Notes: generated from the sequence alone by a model not told the origin. Positions 49,170 to 60,460 are shown, numbered from the stretch's first letter. The stretch is DNA of 64,000 bases from Lama glama (GCA_028534125.1 CM052816.1:32614001-32678000); one strand, 5' to 3'. Numbers and translations: made by a program.

Positions 49170-49705
49170 AACAAACCAAGTAGAATTACTCATAATGATT
49201 CTAAACTGAAAACAACTTTAAGTGTTCTTCAACCAATAAATGGGTGGCAAACTGTAGTATTGTATACTGTAATCTGTATACTGCAATAAAAAGAAATGAG
49301 CTACTTTTGACACAACATTGTAAAATGACTATAACTCAATAAAAAATGTTAAAAAAAAGAAATGAACTACTGATGCATGCAACAACATGGGGGAATCTAA
49401 TACATTACGCTAAGTGAAAGTAGCTAGATTCAAAAGGTTGCATACTGTATGAGTTCTTCTAAATGACATTCTGGAAAACAAAACAAAACAATGAGATAGG
49501 AAAAACTGGCGGTTGCCAGCAGCTGGAGATGGACAGCGGGGTTTTTCCAAATAGGATCAAGTGAATTTTGGGGGATGATAGTAATGTTCCATATCTTCAT
49601 TGCAGTGGTAGTTACATGACTATATGCATGTCAAAACTCATAGAACTGTACTCTGTGGTCAAGTTTACTGTATATAAGTTATATCTCAATTTTTTTAATG
49701 TTAAA
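49170..49705 (+). mobile_element. Old L1ME/MB 3' end
   Basis: 'actactgatgcatgcaacaacatggg...ctaagtgaaagtagctagattc...gtcaaaactcatagaactgtac...tttactgtatataagttatatctcaat'. Confidence 0.8.
49306..49353 (+). mobile_element. 48-bp L1 3'-terminal micro-insertion
   Basis: Matches the young L1 terminus at 48399-48445; 18-bp TSD aaaaagaaatga(g/a)ctact at 49288-49305 and 49354-49371. Confidence 0.85.
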
Positions 49706-50072
49706 AACAAAAACCTAAAACAACCTCTAACCCAGAGTCAGCCTGGTCACTGTTGATGGAAACTGCTAAATCCTTAGCTCTCTAAAAGTGGGGTCACCAG
49801 CTAATCCCATGCAAATTTGTGACTCCAGGAGTCCTGAAGGGTTGTGCAATGGTTTGTCTCCTTTCTCGTAGACAGCCGCTGGCTGATGGTGAAAAAAAAG
49901 ACAGGAAGAACTTTTTCTTTTCTTTCTCTTCTATTTCTTCCTACCTTTTCTGCTTTTCCACCAGCTCTTTTCTTTCACTTTTTTAACCTGTTTATTTAGC
50001 TATCTGTGTTCAGCTGAAAGGGATCTGCTGGAGGCTGTGGTGAGTGGTGCAAAGGGAAGCTTTTGCTCTGAT

Positions 50073-50630
50073 CAGTAGTGTACTAGTAAATGATTAACAA
50101 CCAGCTCTCTGAAACACACACATGCACACATGCACAGGTTTATTTTAAATTCTACTGCTATAACAAGTTTAGAATACATAGTTTATAAGTAATAAGTAAA
50201 CATACATTAGTCTTTAGTGTGAATTCCGTTATAGCCAATTGATTCTCACCAAATGTTTCATTGATTTTTGCTGAATTTTTATATCCGTAGCCAATATGCC
50301 ATTGTAAATAAAAAAAAAGTGTAGTTTTAACAAGAATCTTGGCCGATATTTTCATGGACCACTGGACGAGGGGTTATGAAGAGATGTGTTCCATCACCAT
50401 ATCACACAGTATTCCCATCGTGGAGGTGGAAATAGCATCAAGAACACAGGCAATAGCAAAATGTAGTAAAATGATTTAAAATGATGAGTTTTTGAGTATT
50501 TATGACCTTTGCTTTGAAAGTTTATATAGTCCAAGTTTTAATAATGACTGCGTTTAATAGCCAGCTCACAAAATTCCTGAAATTTAACAGTCAGTTTTCT
50601 AGCACTTCTTTGAGCTGGCTCCAGCCCATT
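50073..50630. mobile_element. MER63-like hAT DNA transposon
   Basis: Left end 'cagtagtgtactagtaaatgattaacaaccagctctc'; right end 'ccagctcacaaaattcctgaaatttaacag...gagctggctccagc'. Confidence 0.8.
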
Positions 50631-51619
50631 AAGGATCCAAGTGCAGGTCTATGAGCCCCTTCCCAACCACAAATTCTGGAGCAGCAGTGGCCGCGTGAAG
50701 GGTGAGTAGGTGCAGACATATGTTGTTTCCCTGAGCCCCACTACCCTCAATATGCTGCCAGGGCTGCTTTAGCCTTAAGGGATATTTCCCTGAGCTATTT
50801 ATACTGGCTGTCAGGGCCAAAATATTATTGTCATCAGCCACACAATAAACTGTACAAGGAAATGGATGTGGACTTCAGTGGACTAAATGGTTTGGTGTTC
50901 TTCATTAAATTTCACTCATTAAAATATTCTGTTGTTTTTAAAGATGATTTGTTGTTGAGGTGAAAAATTGTTATTCTGAAATTCCTGTAATTTTTAAAGT
51001 CATATCTGGAAAGACAGCCATTAATATGTGAAAAATTATCTTGGATGGTGAGATTTTTTCCCCCTTCTTGCAATTTTCTGTAGTTTACACATTTTCTACA
51101 ATAAATATGTAGCACTATGGTAATATAGAAAAAAACGGAGACAAATCTTTGGTAACTTGATATTTAAAACTGCACTGATGTTATCCTTTTAAAGACTTGA
51201 AGAACAAGTAGCATTTTCGGTAAAAGAATGCCCTGGGAAACAGACATTACTATGTTCTGTTTCATTTAAAAGCCAGATGTCCAGGAATTGGATATGGCTA
51301 ATTATCAATTTCTACCCAGATGGAGTGTTTTCTTTTTTTCCATCATTAGATGGAAAAGCACAGTATCTCTGGCTGCTTACTTTATTAAATTCAGTCACTC
51401 TAGTTGGAAAGCTTAAAGGAATAGGTGGCGCTTAGAAAAAAGGCAGTTTATCCTATCATGAATGATAATCCTATCATGAATGATAATTTGAAGAAGGTAC
51501 AAAGAATAGAATGAAGAGAGTTCAAACGTGTTATTGGTTATGTGATGAAAAAATGTTAAACCTGCTCTTTGACTAATTCCAGTAGTGTTAGAAATGGAAT
51601 ATATCCCTTCTCAAGCCTG

Positions 51620-51995
51620 TCTGCCTATATAACACATTTCTCTAAGACTTAGCAGCTAAAAACAATAGCCATTATTTCACAGTCTCTCTGTGTCAGGGAG
51701 TTGAGTGTGGTTTATGAATTACTTGGCTGCCTGTGACTCCAGGCCTTCCATGAAGCTGTTAGCCAAGGCTGTGGTATCATCTAAAGGCTTGACTGGGGGA
51801 GGATCCACTTCCAGGCTCACTCACATGATTGTTGGTGGGATTGCATTCCTGTGAACTGTTGGACTAAGAACCTTAGTGTCTTGCTAGCTTTTGGCCAGAG
51901 GCTTCCTCAGTTCCATGGTTCCATGCCACGTGGGCCTCTCCATGGAGCAGTTTTCAGCACGGCAGCTGGCTTCCCTAGAGCAAACAAGCAAGAGA
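51620..51995 (-). mobile_element. MaLR LTR fragment (MLT1F/G-like)
   Basis: 'catctaaaggcttgactgggggaggatccacttccaggctcactcacatg...ccacgtgggcctctccat...ggcagctggcttccctagagc'. Confidence 0.75.
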
Positions 51996-52904
51996 AACAT
52001 CGAAGGTATTTGCTTCCTGTCTCTCAGGTCTCACTGTTCTCCATTGCCAGATGTCCAGTGTCTCAAAGAAAACATTGCTTCACATGTTTTGTCCAGTTTA
52101 GGGTTGCTTAAAGCTTGAGGGTATATCTGGTACTTGTTACTCCATCCTATACAGAAGTAGAAGTACCTGAAAATCTTTTATTAATAATCCTATCAAACTT
52201 CTCTGCTAGAAACAAATCTAATTGATTATATTCTTGTGACCATAAGGTAATGTTAAAAATTATTCTTATTGATTAAAGAAAAATTACTAGCACAAAAAGT
52301 AAAATTTGTTAGAAATCACTGTCTTAATGAGATGGACTAGGGGCATTTATAGGACATGAGTAAATGTTTAATTATTCCTTTGCTTGGCTTTCAGGGCAGT
52401 GAACCGTTGAGGAATGCTTGCTTCTCTTTGGTAAAGTGGTGGGAGAGCTATTGTGAAAATGGTGGTGAGAAAGGAGAACCAGTATGACTCAGGATGCCTT
52501 CTCAGGCAAGTCAACTTTAAAGAAAGGTCATATGAAATTTGGCAATCTGAAAATCATTTCCTTAAAACCATTCCCTATACATATTATGACTTTCCATATG
52601 TGCCATGGCATAGAAATGGTGGGGAAACTCTAGTGTTGACAGTGCTCCGTATCCCACTCCTGTATGTAACTGTGACTGCTAACCTGTGTCTTTGCTAGAC
52701 TTCTCCAAGAACTAGCAACTACCTCTGCTGCGGTCCTCCCCTGCAGTTCTGGGCTGGAGTGCTTCCTCCACCTTGATTTTTCTATCACTTTGTCTTATAG
52801 ATATTTGTCAAAATCTCTCATGAACTGATGGAACACTCTCCCATTCTCAGTATTCATGGATGTATTCCCTTTTAGGAATACTTATTGGCCTGGAAGCAGA
52901 TCCA

Positions 52905-53955
52905 GATTTTTTCTTGTATAAGAGTTGGATTTGGATCTTGTCAAATGCTTTTCTGAATCAATTGATAACAATATGATCTTTCTTCTATAGCCTATTGATA
53001 TGTAGATTACTGTGCAATTATATTGATTGACTTTTTAATATTGAATCAGTCAGGCATACCTGGAATAAGTTCTACTTGGTCATGTATATTTTTTAAATAC
53101 AGTGTTGGATTTGATTTGCTAATTTTTGTTGATGATATATGTATCTAAGTTTATTTTATGAGATGTTGGTCTGTAGTTTTCGTTATTCTACTGTCTTTGT
53201 GTAGTCTTGATATCATAGTAATACTGGCCTTATAAAGTGAATAAAGTATTCCTTCCTCTTCTATTCTCTGGAACAGATTGTATAAAATTGGTGCTAATTT
53301 TTCTCAAAATGCTTGACAGGATTCTCCATTTCTCTTTCCAGAGAATTATAATGACAAGTTCAATTTCTTTAATGGTTATAGGAGTACTCTATTTCTTCTT
53401 GTTTGAGCTTTGGTAGTTTGTAAAATTGGTCTATTTTAAGTTGTTGAATTTTTAAGTGTGTCGGTATCTGTGGTATTGCCTTATTACTCTTTTAAAGGCT
53501 GAGCGAACTGTAACGATAGACTGTTTTATTACAGATATTAATGATTTGTGTCTTCTTCCTTTTTATTTTGTCAGTCTTCCTAGAATCTGTTAACCAGCTT
53601 TTTGTTGCATTTGTTTGTTTCATTTCGTTTTGTTTTGTTTTCTAGTGTCATTGATTTCTGCTCCCTCTCCTTTCTACTTTCTTTTTTTTGTAGTTTCTTG
53701 AAGTCATTAATATGATACTTTTTCTAATGTAATCTTTCCCATTTTTCTGAGTAATCATTTAATGCACAAATTACCTTCTTAGCACTACTTTAGCCATAAC
53801 CCACAAATTTTGCTATGTTGTATTTTTATTTTCATTCAGTTCTGTGTATTCTTTTAAATTTCATTTGAGACTTCTTTGACAAGGTTTGATTTAAAACTGT
53901 GTTGTTTGATTTCCAAGTATTCAGAAATTGTCCTGTTGCCTTTCTCTCACTGATT

Positions 53956-54003
<48 letters not shown>

Positions 54004-54430
54004 CTGGAATGGGGAGGTAAGTAGGTTTGTTTTTTTTTTCTCCCCACCCCACCTTTTTGTATTTTAACAGAGGTAACTGGGAATTGAACCCAGGACTTCT
54101 TACATGCTAAGCATATCCTCTACCACTAACCTATACCCTCCCTTCCTTTCTCTCACTGATTTTTAATTCCATTCCATAATGGCCAGAGAACATACTTTGT
54201 ATAATTTCAGTTCTTTTACATTTTTTAACATGTGGCCCAGCATGTGGTCTACTACTGGTGCTTGAAAAAAGAAATGTGCGTTCTGCTGTTGTGGGTAGAG
54301 TGTTCTACAAATATCATTTAGATCTTGTTGGTTGATTGTGTTGTTTAGGTCGTCTATGTCTTTGCTCTTTTTCTGACCCTTAGTTCTATCAGTTGCTGAG
54401 AGGGGGATGTTAAAGTCCCCAGTTACAATT
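52905..54430 (-). mobile_element. Old L1 ORF2 fragment (endonuclease to pre-RT region) interrupted by a SINE
   Basis: Minus ORF 54163-54459 contains the L1 endonuclease motif IVTGDFNIPLSATDR...DLNNTINQQDLNDICRTLYP. Confidence 0.88.
53958..54144 (-). mobile_element. tRNA-Ala-derived camelid-type SINE with (CAA)n tail and perfect TSD
   Basis: 'gaattgaacccaggacttcttacatgctaagcatatcctctaccactaacctataccctccc'; 19-bp cctttctctcactgatttt at 53939-53957 and 54145-54163; (TTG)15 at 53956-54000. Confidence 0.93.
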
Positions 54431-54431
54431 T

Positions 54432-55409
54432 CAGAGATCCATGTTTTATGAGAGATCAATTTTGGAGTCCCTGTTTAAGAGGAAAACTATAAAATTTGAA
54501 TGTAAATTTAGATAAGGAAGTGAATATTTATTTAGGATGAGAAAATAAATGACAACAAATTACAGACTTTGGAATGCTGACATAAAATCCACAAACACAA
54601 CAAAATCCAAAAAACAAAATAATAAGTTTATTATCTTACTGCCTAACATACTTCTCTAGTAACTTTTCTCTACATTTTTTGTCTAAATGCTCTTTACTTG
54701 GATCTGCATATGACAGTGATTTTGTTTTATCATATTTGTAGTGATTGAACAGATCATTCAGTCTTTTTTTAAGGATGGTTGAACAAAAATTTTTATATTA
54801 CTGATAGTTTTTTTTTTAAGTTTGACAACTTATAATTTTTTAAGATTGTAGTCACATTTGAGAAAGCTTCTGTTAGGTTTCACTTATATGAGCTATATAA
54901 TTTGAAAGAATTTTCTACAGACTGACTTCTGGCCATAGGACATGTTCATATTGCAGCAAAATCTCTGGCCCTGCTCCTTGGTGCTACAATGTTGGAAGAG
55001 TCAGGCAGGGGGCTGGACGAGTACTCCTGGAAGCTGTTCCTCCATGAGGGTGGTTAGCAATAAAATGCTGCCAACAGAAGTGACTGTGAATCATAAAAAT
55101 ATCCTTCCACTCAATTCAAACAAATTGTATCCCAAAGTCAACTTCCCTTCAGCTGGATTCCCAAAATGACTCCAACCACTTTAATACTACCTTACTCGAG
55201 GAGGATGTGACAGAGGGGAAATTAGATGAGAAAGAAACAATGCCCTTAACCAATTGTGGTTGAAATATATGACTTTTTGCAGATTTTGGAAAAACTTATG
55301 AACACTTGGACGTATTGCTAAGGCACCTTCCAGGAGCTTAGAAAAGGCCTGTGCAAGTGGGGCCCTTTGAAGCTTAACCTTTGTTAGTTTCATTGAAAAT
55401 TAAGGCCTG
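54432..55409. mobile_element. hAT-type DNA transposon relic (MER53/Blackjack-like ends)
   Basis: Left 'agatccatgttttatg...gtccctgtttaagaggaaaactataaaatt...gtgaatatttatttag'; right 'ggcctgtgcaagtggggccctttgaagcttaacctttgttagtttcattgaaaatt'. Confidence 0.6.
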
Positions 55410-56019
55410 CTGTTGACGTTTTAATGGGATACAGAGGGAAGGGAGGTAAACACTTGTACTTAGTCTACTATCATAAAGGAGAAGTTTCTTGGATGTCTTT
55501 TTTTTTCACTTTTTAATATGGAAATTTCCAAACATAACCAATAAGAGTGAGAATAGTGTAATGGATATTCATGGTTCTCATCATCCACCTTCTAAAATTA
55601 TCAAATTTTGCTCATCTTGTTTGTTTGGGCGCTTCCAGTTCAAGACGTTGTTGGGGGTAGATACAAAGATGAGTGAGACATGGTCTCCACCCTCATGTAT
55701 GTACCTGGTGCAGAAGATGAGGCATGAGCCCAACAAACCATGTCATCCTGCCCAAAGAACTCAGGACCCTTCGTGGAAGGAGAGAACACCTCAAGCCTGA
55801 AATGGTCAGTAAAGTCTTCAAGGAAGAAATAGGCTACTTAGGAAACAAGTACCTATCTTAATGTGTCCAAGCTGAAACAGAATCAAAATATCTGAAATAT
55901 ATATTTTTGGTTTTTCCTTCTAGAATGTTCCTCCTGGCTTTTGGGAAATAGTGCAGCCCTCTTGCTGTTTATCTAGATCTCTAAGACTCAGATTCATTCA
56001 GATTCAAGCCACACATTCT

Positions 56020-56200
56020 CACATACGTTATTTCACTTAATCTTCACAACAAGCCTGAGAGATAGAGATCACCATCCCATTCCTGAAGATGAGAAGAGGA
56101 ATCCAGAGGGACAACTTGCCTAAGGCTGAACAAATAGGAAGCATAGCTAAAATCTAGGATTCCAATTCTAATTTTAGTGTTCTTAAAGTTACACCTACAT
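56020..56200 (-). mobile_element. MIR
   Basis: 'ttatttcacttaatcttcacaacaagcctgagagatag...gatgagaa...caacttgcctaaggctgaac'. Confidence 0.75.
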
Positions 56201-56210
56201 CCACATGGTT

Positions 56211-56352
56211 CTTTTTTTTTTTTTTGGCATTTTTTTGGGGGGTGGGGGGTAATTAGGTTTATATATTTATTTTTAATGGAGGTATTGGGAATTGGATCCA
56301 GGAGTTCATTGCATGCTAGGCATGCAGTCTGTCACTAAGCTGTACCCTCCCC
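56211..56352 (-). mobile_element. tRNA-Ala-derived camelid-type SINE (more diverged)
   Basis: 'ggtaattaggtttat...ggaggtattgggaattggatccagg...gcatgctaggcatg...taagctgtaccctcccc'; TSD catggttcttt/catggtacttt. Confidence 0.88.
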
Positions 56353-56691
56353 GCTGCATGGTACTTTAAAACTTTTCAAAAGATTTCCCCAGTTCAGAAG
56401 CCTTCAGTTGCTCCCAGTCACTACATGATAAGGTTAATAATAAAAGTCCTTATGCTACCATTTCCCTTTCTGTACAATCCAATCTTTGTTTTCCTTCAAC
56501 TTTATCTTCCATTTGCAAGACTGTATCTGAACCCTTATTCTCTCATTATTTTCCTCATCTACAGATAAGGAAACTTGCCTAGTTGGGTTGAGGGACTGGC
56601 CCAAAGTCTTGTAGCTGGTTTGCTGCCAAATTGAGACAGTAGCCCAGACCTCCTTACAGTCCATCGCCATCTTTTTCTTCTATTTCAGGCC

Positions 56692-56812
56692 TATATATAT
56701 ATACACACACATATATATATCTGTATACATATGCATACATACATATATATATATACACACACACACATACATACATATACATATATACACATACATACAC
56801 ACACATACACAT
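56692..56812. repeat. Compound (TA)/(CA)/(CATA) microsatellite
   Basis: Read directly. Confidence 0.95.
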
Positions 56813-56817
56813 GATGG

Positions 56818-57268
56818 TGTTTTAGTTTCTAGGGTTGCTATAACAAATTACCACAAACTGGGTGGCTTAAAATAATGGATATTTATTGTCTCACAGTTCT
56901 GGAGGTTATAAGTCTGAAATCAAGGTGTCAACAGGGCCATGCTTCCTCTGAAACCTGTGGAGAATTCCTTGCTTGTCTCTTCCCAAATTCTTCTGGTTGG
57001 CCAGAAATCCTGTGTTCCTTGGCTTGTGGCTGTATAACTCCAATCTTTGCTGTTATCATCCCCCTGTGTGCCTCTTTCTTTATATGGCTGTCTTATAAGT
57101 ACATTAGTTATTGGATTAAGGGTCCACCCTTCTCCAGTATGACCTCACTATAACCTAACTAATGAAACTGCAATGATCCTATTCCCAAATAAGTTCATAT
57201 TGTTTAGTTCTTGAGGTTAGGACTTCAGCATATCTTTCGAGGGGTGGGGGAATAGTCAACCCATAACA
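56818..57268 (-). mobile_element. MaLR solo LTR (MLT1C-like)
   Basis: TG...CA; 'gggttgctataacaaattaccacaaactgggtggcttaaa...tctcacagttctggagg...aaatcaaggtgtc'; perfect 5-bp TSD gatgg (56813-56817, 57269-57273). Confidence 0.92.
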
Positions 57269-58064
57269 GATGGTAACTGTAAGAGGAGAGAATACCATAG
57301 AAACCAAAGACATTGCCTTGATTCCAGGATTTATTCCAAGGAGGAATCACACTACAGTGCGGGAGAAGGTGGGTGGAGGCGGTAGTGTTTTTAGGTATGT
57401 ATTCCCACCTACTACTTGGTCTGCTGATGGACTCACTGGGTTTGATTTACAAGTGTATGTTACCATGGGTTACAGTGTACCACTTCTTTCATATAAAAAC
57501 TGAATGGCCCTGGATATAAGATAGCGGCCCCATCCTTTCTAGTTCTCCGTAGCTATCCTGAGACAGCTGTCCTGTTTAGAGGGAAATGATGGTGCATAAT
57601 TCTAATCAGTAAATGGGATACGTGATTGTTGTGGTAAGCCTGTCACTCTTTGCCAGAGACCTATCTTTGATGTCTAAAATATTACATGCGACCTAGATGA
57701 AAGAGCTAGTCATACAGCAACAAGACCAACCAAGGGGATGCAGCTAGCATTTAGGAAATACATCCATATTTCTGTATCTCCCCTTTTCCTTTGATGAAAC
57801 CTGTAAAAGTCATTAATAAAAAGAAATACAAATTTTAAAAAAACATAAAAAAGAAATGGTAAAATGAGCTCTGTGCTAGTCCAAAAGAAAAGAATAACAG
57901 CAGTTTCCAATCAGGCTCTTTGTTGAGATCCTACACAAGAATGGCAATATGATTGGAATGCTTAAATGGTAGTAGCTGAAATTGCTAATGAAAGCCTGCT
58001 AATGACACAGATTTAAATCACTAAACCAGCCCATCTCCAAGTCCAGTTTCTCTAGATGGGTAGG

Positions 58065-58235
58065 GCATGGGCTTTAGGGTTGACACTATCTCTTAATGTA
58101 TCACCTTTGGCAAGTGACTTAATCTCTCTGAATTTTTCTATATAGAAAAATGAGGATAACTACCTAGCAGGGCTGTGTTGAGGATTAAGAATCTAGCATA
58201 GTGCACAGCACATGTAATAGGTGCTCCATTAAGTT
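58065..58235 (+). mobile_element. MIR
   Basis: 'cctttggcaagtgacttaatctctctg...aaaatgaggataactacctagcagggctgtgttgaggattaa'. Confidence 0.8.
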
Positions 58236-58479
58236 GAAGCCTTCCTCCTCCCAGACGTGCAAATATATGCAATACAGTCTCTGCCCACTTCCCCAGCATC
58301 ACCCCCAACTTCCCTCTTTCTCTCTTTCTTTTTCCAGAATTCCTATTTATAATCTAGCAGAGGAGACACAAACAGGAAATGACTTGCATTTAATTTTAAA
58401 AGCCAACAAATGCAAAACAATGTAGTATACCATTGACTACTTAGGTGCTGACAAACTTCCACATTTATTGATACAAAAA

Positions 58480-58850
58480 ACACATCTTATGTGACCACCC
58501 AAGGCATGGTGCTAGTTATGGGGGTATTCACTGGTACAAGAAACATCTTCCCTCCCTAATGGAGTTCACAGTTTAGTGGGGAAACAGTGAATATATAATT
58601 TAAAAATATGTTGAGTGCCCTGGAAGAAATGATCAGGTGCAATGATGGAGACTAATGAGAGGGCAGGAGGGAGACTTAGTTTAGAGAAGATAACCTTTTT
58701 GAGGTGACATTTAAACTGAACCCTGGAAAATAACAATCTGGATGCATAAAGAACAAGAGTAAGGGTCTTCAAGAAAGTGGAATCAGCGAGTGCAGTGAGG
58801 CAGTCAGAAGCTGGAAGTGTCTGAGGAGTAGTTTGGGCAGTGTCAACAAG
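58480..58850 (-). mobile_element. L2 fragment
   Basis: 'ccctccctaatggagttcacagtttagtgggg...tgaggtgacatttaaactgaaccctggaa'. Confidence 0.7.
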
Positions 58851-58864
58851 ATAGAGGGGTCACT

Positions 58865-59315
58865 GAGAGTAAAATCCAACTCCTACCATAGCCTCAAAGC
58901 CCTATCTAATTTGGACCCTGCCTCCTCCTGATCTAACCTAACCCTAACCTGCTGTTCTCATTCCCACATCAGGCCTTTGCTTTTGATGTTTCCTCTGTCT
59001 AGAAGGCTCTGTCCCAGATCTTCTCATGACTCTTGGCCGCTATAGTCAGTCAGACCGCAGACCAAATGTCATCTCTGGAGAGAGCGCGCTAATTACTGCC
59101 CCTCACCATCCATCATCTTTGGTGGTTTCCTCTCTTCCCAACACTTACCATTATAAAACGTTATTTTGTTGATTTCTTTTATTGTCTTTTATTGTCTGTT
59201 CTCTCCCTTAGAATGTAAGTTCCATGAATGTATATTCCTTACTGCCATAAACCTAGAATCATATCTAATGTATGCAGAAACCCAGTATTATTTGCTGAAT
59301 TAATGTTGAATGACA
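58865..59315 (+). mobile_element. L2 fragment (opposite orientation to the preceding one)
   Basis: 'agtaaaatccaactcctaccatagcc...ggcctttgcttttgatgtttcctctg...ccttagaatgtaagttccatga...tttgctgaattaatg'. Confidence 0.75.
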
Positions 59316-59569
59316 TAAAGCTAGCGAGGTAATGCAAGGTAAAGAACAGACCAATCCGTGTGAGGAGTGGTATGTTTTGAATTAAAATTGTGGAGGCAAG
59401 AGAGACGGTGGCAAAACAAGAATTTAGGGAATTACTAGGTCATCTCCGTCTTTTTCACAAGATTATGAGCATCTTCAGCGCTGGAGCCGAGTTTTACTTA
59501 TCTATCATCAGCGCCTTGCCAGGGAACTGGCACATAGTAGGCACTAACTAGGTTTTTACAGAATGATTG

Positions 59570-60460
59570 ACTGCGGGTGCGCCGAAGGGTCTATTAATTT
59601 GGCTGCAGTACAGTTTAGGAAAGGCGAGTAGGTCTGGAGACCCAGGGAGTCTAGCGCTAAACAACGCGTGCAAGGGAGATAACCGCGAAGCGGAAGAGCG
59701 CGGCGGCCAACGCGGCTGCGCACTACTGTCCCCTCTTGGGGAGGCTAGGGACGCCGGCAACCTCGGCGCACGCCTGCGCGCTGCAGTCTTCCCGCCTCCA
59801 ACAAGATGGCGGAGGCCAAGTAGCGAGGGGGCGGGGTGTGGCCGCCGGAAACCCGGCCGCGGCTGGGGGAAGCTGCGGGCGAGGGCCCGGGAGCAGCGGG
59901 CTGAGGTTGGCGGGATGCTGTTCCCAGGAAGCGTTGTCGGCTACCGGTGAGGAAGGTGAGGCACGGAGTTGCCTTCCCGAGCACCAGGCGCCCCTTATGT
60001 ACGACTCCATCGGCTCGGGTCTGGTCGCCCCTTTGCCTGCTTCTGTACCACCCTCTCCTCTCGGGTCCTGGAGCGCCGGCGGCGGCGGGGGCTCTGTCCC
60101 GCAGGAGAGGAGGCGCCCCGGCGGCGTCCGTGCTTCTGTCCGCGGGGCGAGCGTCTGGCAGGTGAGTGAAGCTCCAAGTTCCGGCGTCTCCTCCCCCGGC
60201 AGAGCTTCCTCGGCTTTGCCCCGCCGTTGCTCGAGACCGTAGTGGTGTTCGGCCGGACTCTGCGGCTCCCTTGTCTCCCCGTCCCACCCTCTCCTCGCCC
60301 CTCGCCCCTTTTCAGGCCTCCAGTTTTGCAAGTCCTCCATTCTCACCCGCTGGGTGGTGGTCGCGCCGACTGCGGCTCTCCGCACCCTTCCTGGCTGCTG
60401 GTGAAGCTTCACCGCTGCGAGCGGTCTCTCCTTCGCGTTAGGTGGGTGGGTCGTCTGCCC
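59570..60460 (+). promoter_or_regulatory. CpG-island promoter of an unidentified, probably housekeeping, + strand gene
   Basis: Abrupt CpG-dense, GC-rich block; NRF1-like gcgcacgcctgcgc (59766-59779), E2F-like TTCCCGCC (59789-59796), YY1 CAAGATGGCGG (59802-59812), GC box GGGGCGGGG (59828-59836), ETS-like CCGGAAA (59845-59851); downstream + strand splice donors. Confidence 0.9.
59790..60161 (+). other. Putative first exon(s), likely mostly 5'UTR; start approximate
   Basis: Donors CCG|GTGAGG (after 59946), AAG|GTGAGG (after 59955) and consensus CAG|GTGAGT (after 60161), followed by pyrimidine-rich, T-skewed intron-like sequence. Confidence 0.6.

Noticed and set aside
53832..54047. Poly-Asn ORF
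   Set aside because: Translation of the SINE (CAA)n tail plus L1 sequence
18193..54459. ORFs with real protein similarity (18193-19145, 34158-34876, 47486-48116, 54163-54459)
   Set aside because: All are frameshifted L1 ORF2 relics, not host genes or intact retrotransposons
58933..58950. Interstitial telomeric (CCCTAA)n
   Set aside because: Only 2-3 imperfect units inside an L2 relic; likewise at ~35378
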